From Monocercomonoides exilis PA203 (lineage: Eukaryota; Protista; Preaxostyla), in assembly GCA_001643675.2 (NCBI GenBank), contig LSRY02000046.1, positions 124,001 through 188,000 of the forward strand: a DNA stretch of 64,000 nucleotides, given 5' to 3'. A program made the translations under genes and the position numbers. The first letter of the stretch is position 1. The number at the start of each line of letters is the position of its first letter. The notes beneath the pieces were generated by a model, which did no database searches, was not told the DNA's origin, and was given only the letters and a program-made list of their open reading frames with translations. Shown here one piece after another: positions 39,020-51,609 of this stretch.

Positions 39020-39640
39020 CATCTTCATCATCTACATCTTCATCTTCTTCATCTTCTTCATCTTCTTCATCTTCTTCCTCTTCTTCCTCTTCTTCCTCTT
39101 CTTCCTCTTCTTCCTCTTCTTCCTCTTCTTCCTCTTCTTCCTCTTCTTCCTCTTCTTCCTCTTCTTCCTCTTCTTCCTCTTCTTCCTCTTCTTCCTCTTC
39201 TTCCTCTTCTTCCTCTTCTTCCTCTTCTTCCTCTTCTTCCTCTTCTTCCTCTTCTTCCTCTTCTTCCTCTTCTTCCTCTTCTTCCTCTTCTTCCTCTTCT
39301 TCCTCTTTTTCCTCTTCTTCCTCTTCTTCCTCTTCTTCCTCTTTTTCCTCTTCTTCCTCTTTTTCCTCTTCTTCCTCTTCTTCCTCTTCTTCCTCTTCTT
39401 CCTCTTCTTCCTCTTCTTCCTCTTCTTCCTCTTCTTCCTCTTCTTCCTCTTCTTCCTCTTTTTCCTCTTTTTCCTCTTCTTCCTCTTTTTCCTCTTCTTC
39501 CTCTTTTTCCTCTTTTTCCTCTTCTTCCTCTTCTTCCTCTTTTTCCTCTTCTTCCTCTTTTTCCTCTTCTTCCTCTTCTTCCTCTTCTTCCTCTTCTTCC
39601 TCTTCTTCCTCTTCTATTTCCTCTTCTTCCTATTTTTCTT
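39020..39640. repeat. (TCTTCTTCC)n poly-Ser minisatellite
   Basis: Direct inspection; a similar tract lies at 31870-32070. Confidence 0.95.
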
Positions 39641-40092
39641 CATCTTCTTCCTCTCTCCTTCCTCTCTTCTTTCTTTCTTTTCTTTTCTTATTCTTTTATT
39701 TTTCTCTCCTTTTCTTCTCTTTCTCTTTTAATTCTTTCCTCTTATTCTTTCTCTCTTCCTCATTCAAATTATCATCTAACTTCTCTTTCAACTGCTGAAA
39801 ATCAATCAAATTCTGATTTTCATTCAAAATCTCTTCTTTCTTCCATTCAACAACAAAAAGATGAAAAAGATTCAATGAAACAATTAAAGAAACAGTAGCT
39901 ATTTTAATCATAAAAATTATTTTTTGTAAAGATCTTTTGATTTTTGTTTTGATATTTCTTTATTTGTTTCAACATAAGTTCTGAAAATTATGACGAGTGA
40001 TTAATTGAACTTTTTTTAATATATTGGCTTTAACATAATATTGATAACTTTCCATTATAATTTCATTTTCTGGAGATTTTATTTTTTTTATC

Positions 40093-43000
40093 ATGTTTAG
40101 CACAACTAAAGTACATCGCAGCACGCGCAAAAGACTAATAAAATCGGAAGCAATATATATTGCTAACATTTTTAAAAAAATGCCTTACGAGCGCGCTGTT
40201 TTGTTATTTAAAGCTTTTGTGCTTGATGAAGAATTTGGAAATCTTCTTTTCCGCGATTTTATTAAATCGTGTTACTGTTTGCATATTTCTTTTTGATTTT
40301 CTTTTATAACATATTTTATTTTTATTATCGATAATGACATTTTTAAACTATTCATTTTTAACAAATAAAAAATGCGAATTTTATTCATATTCATTAGCTC
40401 AAGTTATCAAAATTATTTGTGAAGTGGAAAAAACAATGCAAAAGAAAAATTCAACATTAACATGTCCCTCTTCTTCTTCTTCTTCTTCTTCTTCTTCTTC
40501 TTCTTTTTCTTTGTCTCCTTCTTCCTCAACATCTTCATCTCCATCCACCACAAAAAAAGCTTCTTCCTCTTCTTTTTCTTCCTTTTCCTCTTCCTCTGCA
40601 TCTGACCCTGCCTCTCTCTATTCTTCTGCCTCGATCTCTGCTCGTATTCCTGCCCTGATGCCTATCGAAAGTACATTCCATTTCCCTTCTGTTGAGCAAA
40701 ACGCCCAGTCATCCACATTCTCTTTGTATTCTGCTGATTCACTGCTTGCTTCTGGCACCACTGCTGATAATGCCACCTCGAGTGATGCTTCTGAACAGTC
40801 AGCACAGCCACCCCAGTCATCTGCACATGCTACTGCACCTGCATCATCATCATCTGCTGCTGCTACTACCACTACATCTTCTATTTCTTCTGCTTCATCA
40901 TCATCTTCTTCTTCGAATTCTTCTGCTTTTTCTGTTAAAATGTCAAATACACCTTCTCCTTTGAATGTTGGAGCATCGCCAGTTTCCTCACCTCTGCCTC
41001 CACATAACTATATAATCGTTCCCACAAATGCATCAGCTTCTCCTTCAAAAACTGCATATTCACCTCAATCTTCTTCTTCTTCTTCTTTTTCTTTGTCTCC
41101 TTCTTCCTCAACATCTTCATCTCCATCCACCACAAAAAAAGCTTCTTCCTCTTCTTTTTCTTCCTTTTCCTCTTCCTCTGCATCTGACCCTGCCTCTCTC
41201 TATTCTTCTGCCTCGATCTCTGCTCGTATTCCTGCCCTGATGCCTATCGAAAGTACATTCCATTTCCCTTCTGTTGAGCAAAACGCCCAGTCTTCCGCAC
41301 TCTCTTTGTATTCTGCTGATTCGCCTCTTGCTTCTGGCACCACTGCTGACAATGCCACCTCGAGTGATGCTTCTGAACAGTCAGCACAGCCACCCCAGTC
41401 ATCTGCACATGCTACTGCACCTGCATCATCATCATCTGCTGCTGCTACTACCACTACATCTTCTATTTCTTCTGCTTCATCATCATCTTCTTCTTCGAAT
41501 TCTTCTGCTTTTTCTGTTAAAATGTCAAATACACCTTCTCCTTTGAATGTTGGAGCATCGCCAGTTTCCTCACCTCTGCCTCCACATAACTATATAATCG
41601 TTCCCACAAATGCATCAGCTTCTCCTTCAAAAACTGCATATTCACCTCAATCTTCTTCTTCTTCTTCTTTTTCTTTGTCTCCTTCTTCCTCAACATCTTC
41701 ATCTCCATCCACCACAAAAAAAGCTTCTTCCTCTTCTTTTTCTTCCTTTTCCTCTTCCTCTGCATCTGACCCTGCCTCTCTCTATTCTTCTGCCTCGATC
41801 TCTGCTCGTATTCCTGCCCTGATGCCTATCGAAAGTACATTCCATTTCCCTTCTGTTGAGCAAAACGCCCAGTCATCCACATTCTCTTTGTATTCTGCTG
41901 ATTCACTGCTTGCTTCTGGCACCACTGCTGATAATGCCACCTCGAGTGATGCTTCTGAACAGTCAGCACAGCCACCCCAGTCATCTGCACATGCTACTGC
42001 ACCTGCATCATCATCATCTGCTGCTGCTACTACCACTACATCTTCTATTTCTTCTGCTTCATCATCATCTTCTTCTTCGAATTCTTCTGCTTTTTCTGTT
42101 AAAATGTCAAATACACCTTCTCCTTTGAATGTTGGAGCATCGCCAGTTTCCTCACCTCTGCCTCCACATAACTATATAATCGTTCCCACAAATGCATCAG
42201 CTTCTCCTTCAAAAACTGCATATTCACCTCAATCTTCTTCTTCTTCTTCTTTTTCTTTGTCTCCTTCTTCCTCAACATCTTCATCTCCATCCACCACAAA
42301 AAAGCTTCTTCCTCTTCTTTTTCTTCCTTTTCCTCTTCCTCTGCATCTGACCCTGCCTCTCTCTATTCTTCTGCCTCGATCTCTGCTCGTATTCCTGCCC
42401 TGATGCCTATCGAAAGTACATTCCATTTCCCTTCTGTTGAGCAAAACGCCCAGTCATCCACATTCTCTTTGTATTCTGCTGATTCACTGCTTGCTTCTGG
42501 CACCACTGCTGATAATGCCACCTCGAGTGATGCTTCTGAACAGTCAGCACAGCCACCCCAGTCATCTGCACATGCTACTGCACCTGCATCATCATCATCT
42601 GCTGCTGCTACTACCACTACATCTTCTATTTCTTCTGCTTCATCATCATCTTCTTCTTCGAATTCTTCTGCTTTTTCTGTTAAAATGTCAAATACACCTT
42701 CTCCTTTGAATGTTGGAGCATCGCCAGTTTCCTCACCTCTGCCTCCACATAACTATATAATCGTTCCCACAAATGCATCAGCTTCTCCTTCAAAAACTGC
42801 ATATTCACCTCAATCTTCTTCTTCTTCTTCTTTTTCTTTGTCTCCTTCTTCCTCAACATCTTCATCTCCATCCACCACAAAAAAGCTTCTTCCTCTTCTT
42901 TTTCTTCCTTTTCCTCTTCCTCTGCATCTGACCCTGCCTCTCTCTATTCTTCTGCCTCGATCTCTGCTCGTATTCCTGCCCTGATGCCTATCGAAAGTAC

Positions 43001-46000
43001 ATTCCATTTCCCTTCTGTTGAGCAAAACGCCCAGTCATCCACATTCTCTTTGTATTCTGCTGATTCACTGCTTGCTTCTGGCACCACTGCTGATAATGCC
43101 ACCTCGAGTGATGCTTCTGAACAGTCAGCACAGCCACCCCAGTCATCTGCACATGCTACTGCACCTGCATCATCATCATCTGCTGCTGCTACTACCACTA
43201 CATCTTCTATTTCTTCTGCTTCATCATCATCTTCTTCTTCGAATTCTTCTGCTTTTTCTGTTAAAATGTCAAATACACCTTCTCCTTTGAATGTTGGAGC
43301 ATCGCCAGTTTCCTCACCTCTGCCTCCACATAACTATATAATCGTTCCCACAAATGCATCAGCTTCTCCTTCAAAAACTGCATATTCACCTCAATCTTCT
43401 TCTTCTTCTTCTTTTTCTTTGTCTCCTTCTTCCTCAACATCTTCATCTCCATCCACCACAAAAAAGCTTCTTCCTCTTCTTTTTCTTCCTTTTCCTCTTC
43501 CTCTGCATCTGACCCTGCCTCTCTCTATTCTTCTGCCTCGATCTCTGCTCGTATTCCTGCCCTGATGCCTATCGAAAGTACATTCCATTTCCCTTCTGTT
43601 GAGCAAAACGCCCAGTCATCCACATTCTCTTTGTATTCTGCTGATTCACTGCTTGCTTCTGGCACCACTGCTGATAATGCCACCTCGAGTGATGCTTCTG
43701 AACAGTCAGCACAGCCACCCCAGTCATCTGCACATGCTACTGCACCTGCATCATCATCATCTGCTGCTGCTACTACCACTACATCTTCTATTTCTTCTGC
43801 TTCATCATCATCTTCTTCTTCGAATTCTTCTGCTTTTTCTGTTAAAATGTCAAATACACCTTCTCCTTTGAATGTTGGAGCATCGCCAGTTTCCTCACCT
43901 CTGCCTCCACATAACTATATAATCGTTCCCACAAATGCATCAGCTTCTCCTTCAAAAACTGCATATTCACCTCAATCTTCTTCTTCTTCTTCTTTTTCTT
44001 TGTCTCCTTCTTCCTCAACATCTTCATCTCCATCCACCACAAAAAAAGCTTCTTCCTCTTCTTTTTCTTCCTTTTCCTCTTCCTCTGCATCTGACCCTGC
44101 CTCTCTCTATTCTTCTGCCTCGATCTCTGCTCGTATTCCTGCCCTGATGCCTATCGAAAGTACATTCCATTTCCCTTCTGTTGAGCAAAACGCCCAGTCA
44201 TCCACATTCTCTTTGTATTCTGCTGATTCACTGCTTGCTTCTGGCACCACTGCTGATAATGCCACCTCGAGTGATGCTTCTGAACAGTCAGCACAGCCAC
44301 CCCAGTCATCTGCACATGCTACTGCACCTGCATCATCATCATCTGCTGCTGCTACTACCACTACATCTTCTATTTCTTCTGCTTCATCATCATCTTCTTC
44401 TTCGAATTCTTCTGCTTTTTCTGTTAAAATGTCAAATACACCTTCTCCTTTGAATGTTGGAGCATCGCCAGTTTCCTCACCTCTGCCTCCACATAACTAT
44501 ATAATCGTTCCCACAAATGCATCAGCTTCTCCTTCAAAAACTGCATATTCACCTCAATCTTCTTCTTCTTCTTCTTTTTCTTTGTCTCCTTCTTCCTCAA
44601 CATCTTCATCTCCATCCACCACAAAAAAGCTTCTTCCTCTTCTTTTTCTTCCTTTTCCTCTTCCTCTGCATCTGACCCTGCCTCTCTCTATTCTTCTGCC
44701 TCGATCTCTGCTCGTATTCCTGCCCTGATGCCTATCGAAAGTACATTCCATTTCCCTTCTGTTGAGCAAAACGCCCAGTCATCCACATTCTCTTTGTATT
44801 CTGCTGATTCACTGCTTGCTTCTGGCACCACTGCTGATAATGCCACCTCGAGTGATGCTTCTGAACAGTCAGCACAGCCACCCCAGTCATCTGCACATGC
44901 TACTGCACCTGCATCATCATCATCTGCTGCTGCTACTACCACTACATCTTCTATTTCTTCTGCTTCATCATCATCTTCTTCTTCGAATTCTTCTGCTTTT
45001 TCTGTTAAAATGTCAAATACACCTTCTCCTTTGAATGTTGGAGCATCGCCAGTTTCCTCACCTCTGCCTCCACATAACTATATAATCGTTCCCACAAATG
45101 CATCAGCTTCTCCTTCAAAAACTGCATATTCACCTCAATCTTCTTCTTCTTCTTCTTTTTCTTTGTCTCCTTCTTCCTCAACATCTTCATCTCCATCCAC
45201 CACAAAAAAGCTTCTTCCTCTTCTTTTTCTTCCTTTTCCTCTTCCTCTGCATCTGACCCTGCCTCTCTCTATTCTTCTGCCTCGATCTCTGCTCGTATTC
45301 CTGCCCTGATGCCTATCGAAAGTACATTCCATTTCCCTTCTGTTGAGCAAAACGCCCAGTCATCCACATTCTCTTTGTATTCTGCTGATTCACTGCTTGC
45401 TTCTGGCACCACTGCTGATAATGCCACCTCGAGTGATGCTTCTGAACAGTCAGCACAGCCACCCCAGTCATCTGCACATGCTACTGCACCTGCATCATCA
45501 TCATCTGCTGCTGCTACTACCACTACATCTTCTATTTCTTCTGCTTCATCATCATCTTCTTCTTCGAATTCTTCTGCTTTTTCTGTTAAAATGTCAAATA
45601 CACCTTCTCCTTTGAATGTTGGAGCATCGCCAGTTTCCTCACCTCTGCCTCCACATAACTATATAATCGTTCCCACAAATGCATCAGCTTCTCCTTCAAA
45701 AACTGCATATTCACCTCAATCTTCTTCTTCTTCTTCTTTTTCTTTGTCTCCTTCTTCCTCAACATCTTCATCTCCATCCACCACAAAAAAGCTTCTTCCT
45801 CTTCTTTTTCTTCCTTTTCCTCTTCCTCTGCATCTGACCCTGCCTCTCTCTATTCTTCTGCCTCGATCTCTGCTCGTATTCCTGCCCTGATGCCTATCGA
45901 AAGTACATTCCATTTCCCTTCTGTTGAGCAAAACGCCCAGTCATCCACATTCTCTTTGTATTCTGCTGATTCACTGCTTGCTTCTGGCACCACTGCTGAT

Positions 46001-49000
46001 AATGCCACCTCGAGTGATGCTTCTGAACAGTCAGCACAGCCACCCCAGTCATCTGCACATGCTACTGCACCTGCATCATCATCATCTGCTGCTGCTACTA
46101 CCACTACATCTTCTATTTCTTCTGCTTCATCATCATCTTCTTCTTCGAATTCTTCTGCTTTTTCTGTTAAAATGTCAAATACACCTTCTCCTTTGAATGT
46201 TGGAGCATCGCCAGTTTCCTCACCTCTGCCTCCACATAACTATATAATCGTTCCCACAAATGCATCAGCTTCTCCTTCAAAAACTGCATATTCACCTCAA
46301 TCTTCTTCTTCTTCTTCTTTTTCTTTGTCTCCTTCTTCCTCAACATCTTCATCTCCATCCACCACAAAAAAGCTTCTTCCTCTTCTTTTTCTTCCTTTTC
46401 CTCTTCCTCTGCATCTGACCCTGCCTCTCTCTATTCTTCTGCCTCGATCTCTGCTCGTATTCCTGCCCTGATGCCTATCGAAAGTACATTCCATTTCCCT
46501 TCTGTTGAGCAAAACGCCCAGTCATCCACATTCTCTTTGTATTCTGCTGATTCACTGCTTGCTTCTGGCACCACTGCTGATAATGCCACCTCGAGTGATG
46601 CTTCTGAACAGTCAGCACAGCCACCCCAGTCATCTGCACATGCTACTGCACCTGCATCATCATCATCTGCTGCTGCTACTACCACTACATCTTCTATTTC
46701 TTCTGCTTCATCATCATCTTCTTCTTCGAATTCTTCTGCTTTTTCTGTTAAAATGTCAAATACACCTTCTCCTTTGAATGTTGGAGCATCGCCAGTTTCC
46801 TCACCTCTGCCTCCACATAACTATATAATCGTTCCCACAAATGCATCAGCTTCTCCTTCAAAAACTGCATATTCACCTCAATCTTCTTCTTCTTCTTCTT
46901 TTTCTTTGTCTCCTTCTTCCTCAACATCTTCATCTCCATCCACCACAAAAAAAGCTTCTTCCTCTTCTTTTTCTTCCTTTTCCTCTTCCTCTGCATCTGA
47001 CCCTGCCTCTCTCTATTCTTCTGCCTCGATCTCTGCTCGTATTCCTGCCCTGATGCCTATCGAAAGTACATTCCATTTCCCTTCTGTTGAGCAAAACGCC
47101 CAGTCATCCACATTCTCTTTGTATTCTGCTGATTCACTGCTTGCTTCTGGCACCACTGCTGATAATGCCACCTCGAGTGATGCTTCTGAACAGTCAGCAC
47201 AGCCACCCCAGTCATCTGCACATGCTACTGCACCTGCATCATCATCATCTGCTGCTGCTACTACCACTACATCTTCTATTTCTTCTGCTTCATCATCATC
47301 TTCTTCTTCGAATTCTTCTGCTTTTTCTGTTAAAATGTCAAATACACCTTCTCCTTTGAATGTTGGAGCATCGCCAGTTTCCTCACCTCTGCCTCCACAT
47401 AACTATATAATCGTTCCCACAAATGCATCAGCTTCTCCTTCAAAAACTGCATATTCACCTCAATCTTCTTCTTCTTCTTCTTTTTCTTTGTCTCCTTCTT
47501 CCTCAACATCTTCATCTCCATCCACCACAAAAAAAGCTTCTTCCTCTTCTTTTTCTTCCTTTTCCTCTTCCTCTGCATCTGACCCTGCCTCTCTCTATTC
47601 TTCTGCCTCGATCTCTGCTCGTATTCCTGCCCTGATGCCTATCGAAAGTACATTCCATTTCCCTTCTGTTGAGCAAAACGCCCAGTCATCCACATTCTCT
47701 TTGTATTCTGCTGATTCACTGCTTGCTTCTGGCACCACTGCTGATAATGCCACCTCGAGTGATGCTTCTGAACAGTCAGCACAGCCACCCCAGTCATCTG
47801 CACATGCTACTGCACCTGCATCATCATCATCTGCTGCTGCTACTACCACTACATCTTCTATTTCTTCTGCTTCATCATCATCTTCTTCTTCGAATTCTTC
47901 TGCTTTTTCTGTTAAAATGTCAAATACACCTTCTCCTTTGAATGTTGGAGCATCGCCAGTTTCCTCACCTCTGCCTCCACATAACTATATAATCGTTCCC
48001 ACAAATGCATCAGCTTCTCCTTCAAAAACTGCATATTCACCTCAATCTTCTTCTTCTTCTTCTTTTTCTTTGTCTCCTTCTTCCTCAACATCTTCATCTC
48101 CATCCACCACAAAAAAAGCTTCTTCCTCTTCTTTTTTCTTCCTTTTCCTCTTCCTCTGCATCTGACCCTGCCTCTCTCTATTCTTCTGCCTCGATCTCTG
48201 CTCGTATTCCTGCCCTGATGCCTATCGAAAGTACATTCCATTTCCCTTCTGTTGAGCAAAACGCCCAGTCATCCACATTCTCTTTGTATTCTGCTGATTC
48301 ACTGCTTGCTTCTGGCACCACTGCTGATAATGCCACCTCGAGTGATGCTTCTGAACAGTCAGCACAGCCACCCCAGTCATCTGCACATGCTACTGCACCT
48401 GCATCATCATCATCTGCTGCTGCTACTACCACTACATCTTCTATTTCTTCTGCTTCATCATCATCTTCTTCTTCGAATTCTTCTGCTTTTTCTGTTAAAA
48501 TGTCAAATACACCTTCTCCTTTGAATGTTGGAGCATCGCCAGTTTCCTCACCTCTGCCTCCACATAACTATATAATCGTTCCCACAAATGCATCAGCTTC
48601 TCCTTCAAAAACTGCATATTCACCTCAATCTTCTTCTTCTTCTTCTTTTTCTTTGTCTCCTTCTTCCTCAACATCTTCATCTCCATCCACCACAAAAAAA
48701 GCTTCTTCCTCTTCTTTTTCTTCCTTTTCCTCTTCCTCTGCATCTGACCCTGCCTCTCTCTATTCTTCTGCCTCGATCTCTGCTCGTATTCCTGCCCTGA
48801 TGCCTATCGAAAGTACATTCCATTTCCCTTCTGTTGAGCAAAACGCCCAGTCATCCACATTCTCTTTGTATTCTGCTGATTCACTGCTTGCTTCTGGCAC
48901 CACTGCTGATAATGCCACCTCGAGTGATGCTTCTGAACAGTCAGCACAGCCACCCCAGTCATCTGCACATGCTACTGCACCTGCATCATCATCATCTGCT

Positions 49001-50917
49001 GCTGCTACTACCACTACATCTTCTATTTCTTCTGCTTCATCATCATCTTCTTCTTCGAATTCTTCTGCTTTTTCTGTTAAAATGTCAAATACACCTTCTC
49101 CTTTGAATGTTGGAGCATCGCCAGTTTCCTCACCTCTGCCTCCACATAACTATATAATCGTTCCCACAAATGCATCAGCTTCTCCTTCAAAAACTGCATA
49201 TTCACCTCAATCTTCTTCTTCTTCTTCTTTTTCTTTGTCTCCTTCTTCCTCAACATCTTCATCTCCATCCACCACAAAAAAAGCTTCTTCCTCTTCTTTT
49301 TCTTCCTTTTCCTCTTCCTCTGCATCTGACCCTGCCTCTCTCTATTCTTCTGCCTCGATCTCTGCTCGTATTCCTGCCCTGATGCCTATCGAAAGTACAT
49401 TCCATTTCCCTTCTGTTGAGCAAAACGCCCAGTCATCCACATTCTCTTTGTATTCTGCTGATTCACTGCTTGCTTCTGGCACCACTGCTGATAATGCCAC
49501 CTCGAGTGATGCTTCTGAACAGTCAGCACAGCCACCCCAGTCATCTGCACATGCTACTGCACCTGCATCATCATCATCTGCTGCTGCTACTACCACTACA
49601 TCTTCTATTTCTTCTGCTTCATCATCATCTTCTTCCTCTTCATTTTCTCCTTCATTTATTACATCAATGCAGAATTTACTAACTCAACATCAACAGCAAC
49701 AGCAACAACCTTCTCTTCAAATTTCCACAAACATATTCAAAGAAAGTGAAGAAAATGATTCTTTTTCATTTACACATCATATCAATGATTTTTGTATTTC
49801 TTTTGAAGCCACTTCTTCATTTCACATAAATAAAAAAGAAGCAAAGAAATGCAAAAAACATTCGACTTTTTCATCCAAAATTACTAAACAATCAAAAAAG
49901 CAAAATTCTTCTTCATCTTCTTCTTCTTCATTATCTTCGAAAGTTAATTCAAGATCGTGCGTTTCAATTCTTCTTTCTTCTCAAAGAGGATTGAAAAACA
50001 ATGGCAGTGTGTGCTCTCTTTCTGCCATTTGTCAATGCATGGCTTCTATTAATCTTGAATTTATAAACATTTCTAAAATGAACAGTATGCAAAAAACATT
50101 CATGCAGCTGTTTCATCTTCTTCGAATCTCTTCGTTTAATTTTAATGTGTGGGATGGAGGTCAGATTAATAAATTTTACGACACTTATCTTGGAGGGAAG
50201 AATCAGCCAAAAGAACTGTCTGTTGTTTTTGAAAGACTTCTCAAAGTTCTTTCCAAAAATTGTGATGAAATAAACGATATGTTTTCTATCATTTCACAAA
50301 ATGTTTTAATGTGTGTTCATTGTAATGATTACTCCATTTCAAAAAGGGATGATCAGTTTTTTGTTACAATTAGAGGATCAGATGTTGTTTCTGGTCTTCA
50401 AGATTTATTAACTTGTAATTCTTTTTTAGTTGAGAAGAGAGAAGGAGAGTGTGTATCATGTCACAAAGATAGACAATTTTTGAAATATGTTCGTTTTTTG
50501 TATTTTCCAAAAGTGTTAAGTGTTTTATTCAACGTTGGTGATTTTTTCACTGTTACAGCTCCTCCTCTTACTATTCATTTTGTTGATTCAGGGTTAGGGC
50601 CTGAGGATTTAAAAATATTTGATCCAAAGGCTTCCTCTGAAGATTCATTTTTTGCTTCTGGTTCTATTGATGATGTTGTTGTTTATGAATTTGTTGGATG
50701 TGTTATTCATTCAAGTGTTCTTTATGAGCAAGGGCATTTTTTGGCCATTGTGAAAGAAGATGTTTCTAAACCTAGTTCCATTTCAAAGTTTATTGAGTGT
50801 AATGATCATATTGTTTCAGAAATTATTCCTGAAAAATGGAATGATTATTGGAATCATCTCGCTTTGGAAAATTTCCATCCTTCTATTTGTTTTTTCAAAA
50901 AAATAGAAATATCATAA
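40093..50917 (+). CDS. Very large Ser-rich tandem-repeat protein with C-terminal USP (C19) domain; ~3570 aa if the homopolymer frameshifts are errors
   Basis: Exon 40093-40276, intron GTTTG...TAG, exon from 40398 in frame. USP motifs: GLKNNGSVCSLSAICQCM, CVHC/CVSC, QGHFLAIVK, FIECNDHIV. Frameshifts occur only in A7/T5 runs within the repeat. Confidence 0.7.
40483..49635 (+). repeat. Tandem array of 582-bp (194-codon) units, ~15.7 copies
   Basis: MPIES start recurs at 40658, 41240, 41822, 42403, 42984, 43565, 44147, 44728, 45309, 45890, 46471, 47053, 47635, 48218, 48800 and 49382. Confidence 0.97.
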
Positions 50918-51129
50918 TTCTTTTCATTTTTTTTTTTTGATTTTTATTTTTGAGAATTTTCTCAATTGCAAAAAAACAAATTTAACTTTTCTATTCATTT
51001 TTTTTCTTTTTTGTTTTTTTTCATATCATAATAATAAATCATTGTTGGAAATTTTTTTCATAACTTTTTTTTGAAAAAATGATAATTCAAAATTGAATGA
51101 TAATCCAATTACTGTGAATAATTGAATAT

Positions 51130-51609
51130 TAAATATTTTTTACTTGATTAACAACAACATAAGGTTATTAGTTGTTTTCAAAGAAAATATTTTCTTCAAA
51201 GAGTACTATTATGAAAGAAAAATAGATTTTTAATGGATAAACATTTTTTAACTTAAAAAATCCATATCTCTGAAAGAAGAAAGAATAATTAAATAAATAA
51301 TGTCATATTTTATTCATTAATAAACGTCGTTTGAAAAACATTTAATGATTAAAAATTTGAAAAACAATATTCCTTGAAAAAAATATTTTTTTGTTCTTTT
51401 TTTTTTTATAAAAAGTGAATCATTCAAAAATGTTCAAGAAAAATATATTTAACTAAAAAACAATGCAAAAAGGATATTTTGTTGATATTTTTGTATATTT
51501 TCGAAAAACAATTAATCCTTTTCAAAAAAATTGATTGATCACAACAGCCCATAATTTTATTTTTTTTTCAATTTTTGATCTTTTTTTATGACATCAAAAA
51601 AAATCACCC
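51130..51609 (-). repeat. Right terminal arm: 28-bp TIR (51582-51609) plus degenerate long arm
   Basis: Reverse complement begins GGGTGATTTTTTTTGATGTCATAAAAAA and shows colinear weak similarity to the left arm. Confidence 0.7.

Larger units (their letters stand above)
16126..51609. mobile_element. Giant (35,484 bp) TIR DNA transposon-like insertion with Sola-like ends and cargo
   Basis: ATAT|GGGTGATTTTTTTTGATATCATAAAAAA ... TTTTTTATGACATCAAAAAAAATCACCC|ATAT (27/28). Removing the element plus one ATAT restores the sequence seen uninterrupted around 3351-3400. Confidence 0.9.

Noticed and set aside
40483-49635. CRISPR-like array
   Set aside because: Units are 582-bp head-to-tail copies with no variable spacers and no cas genes.
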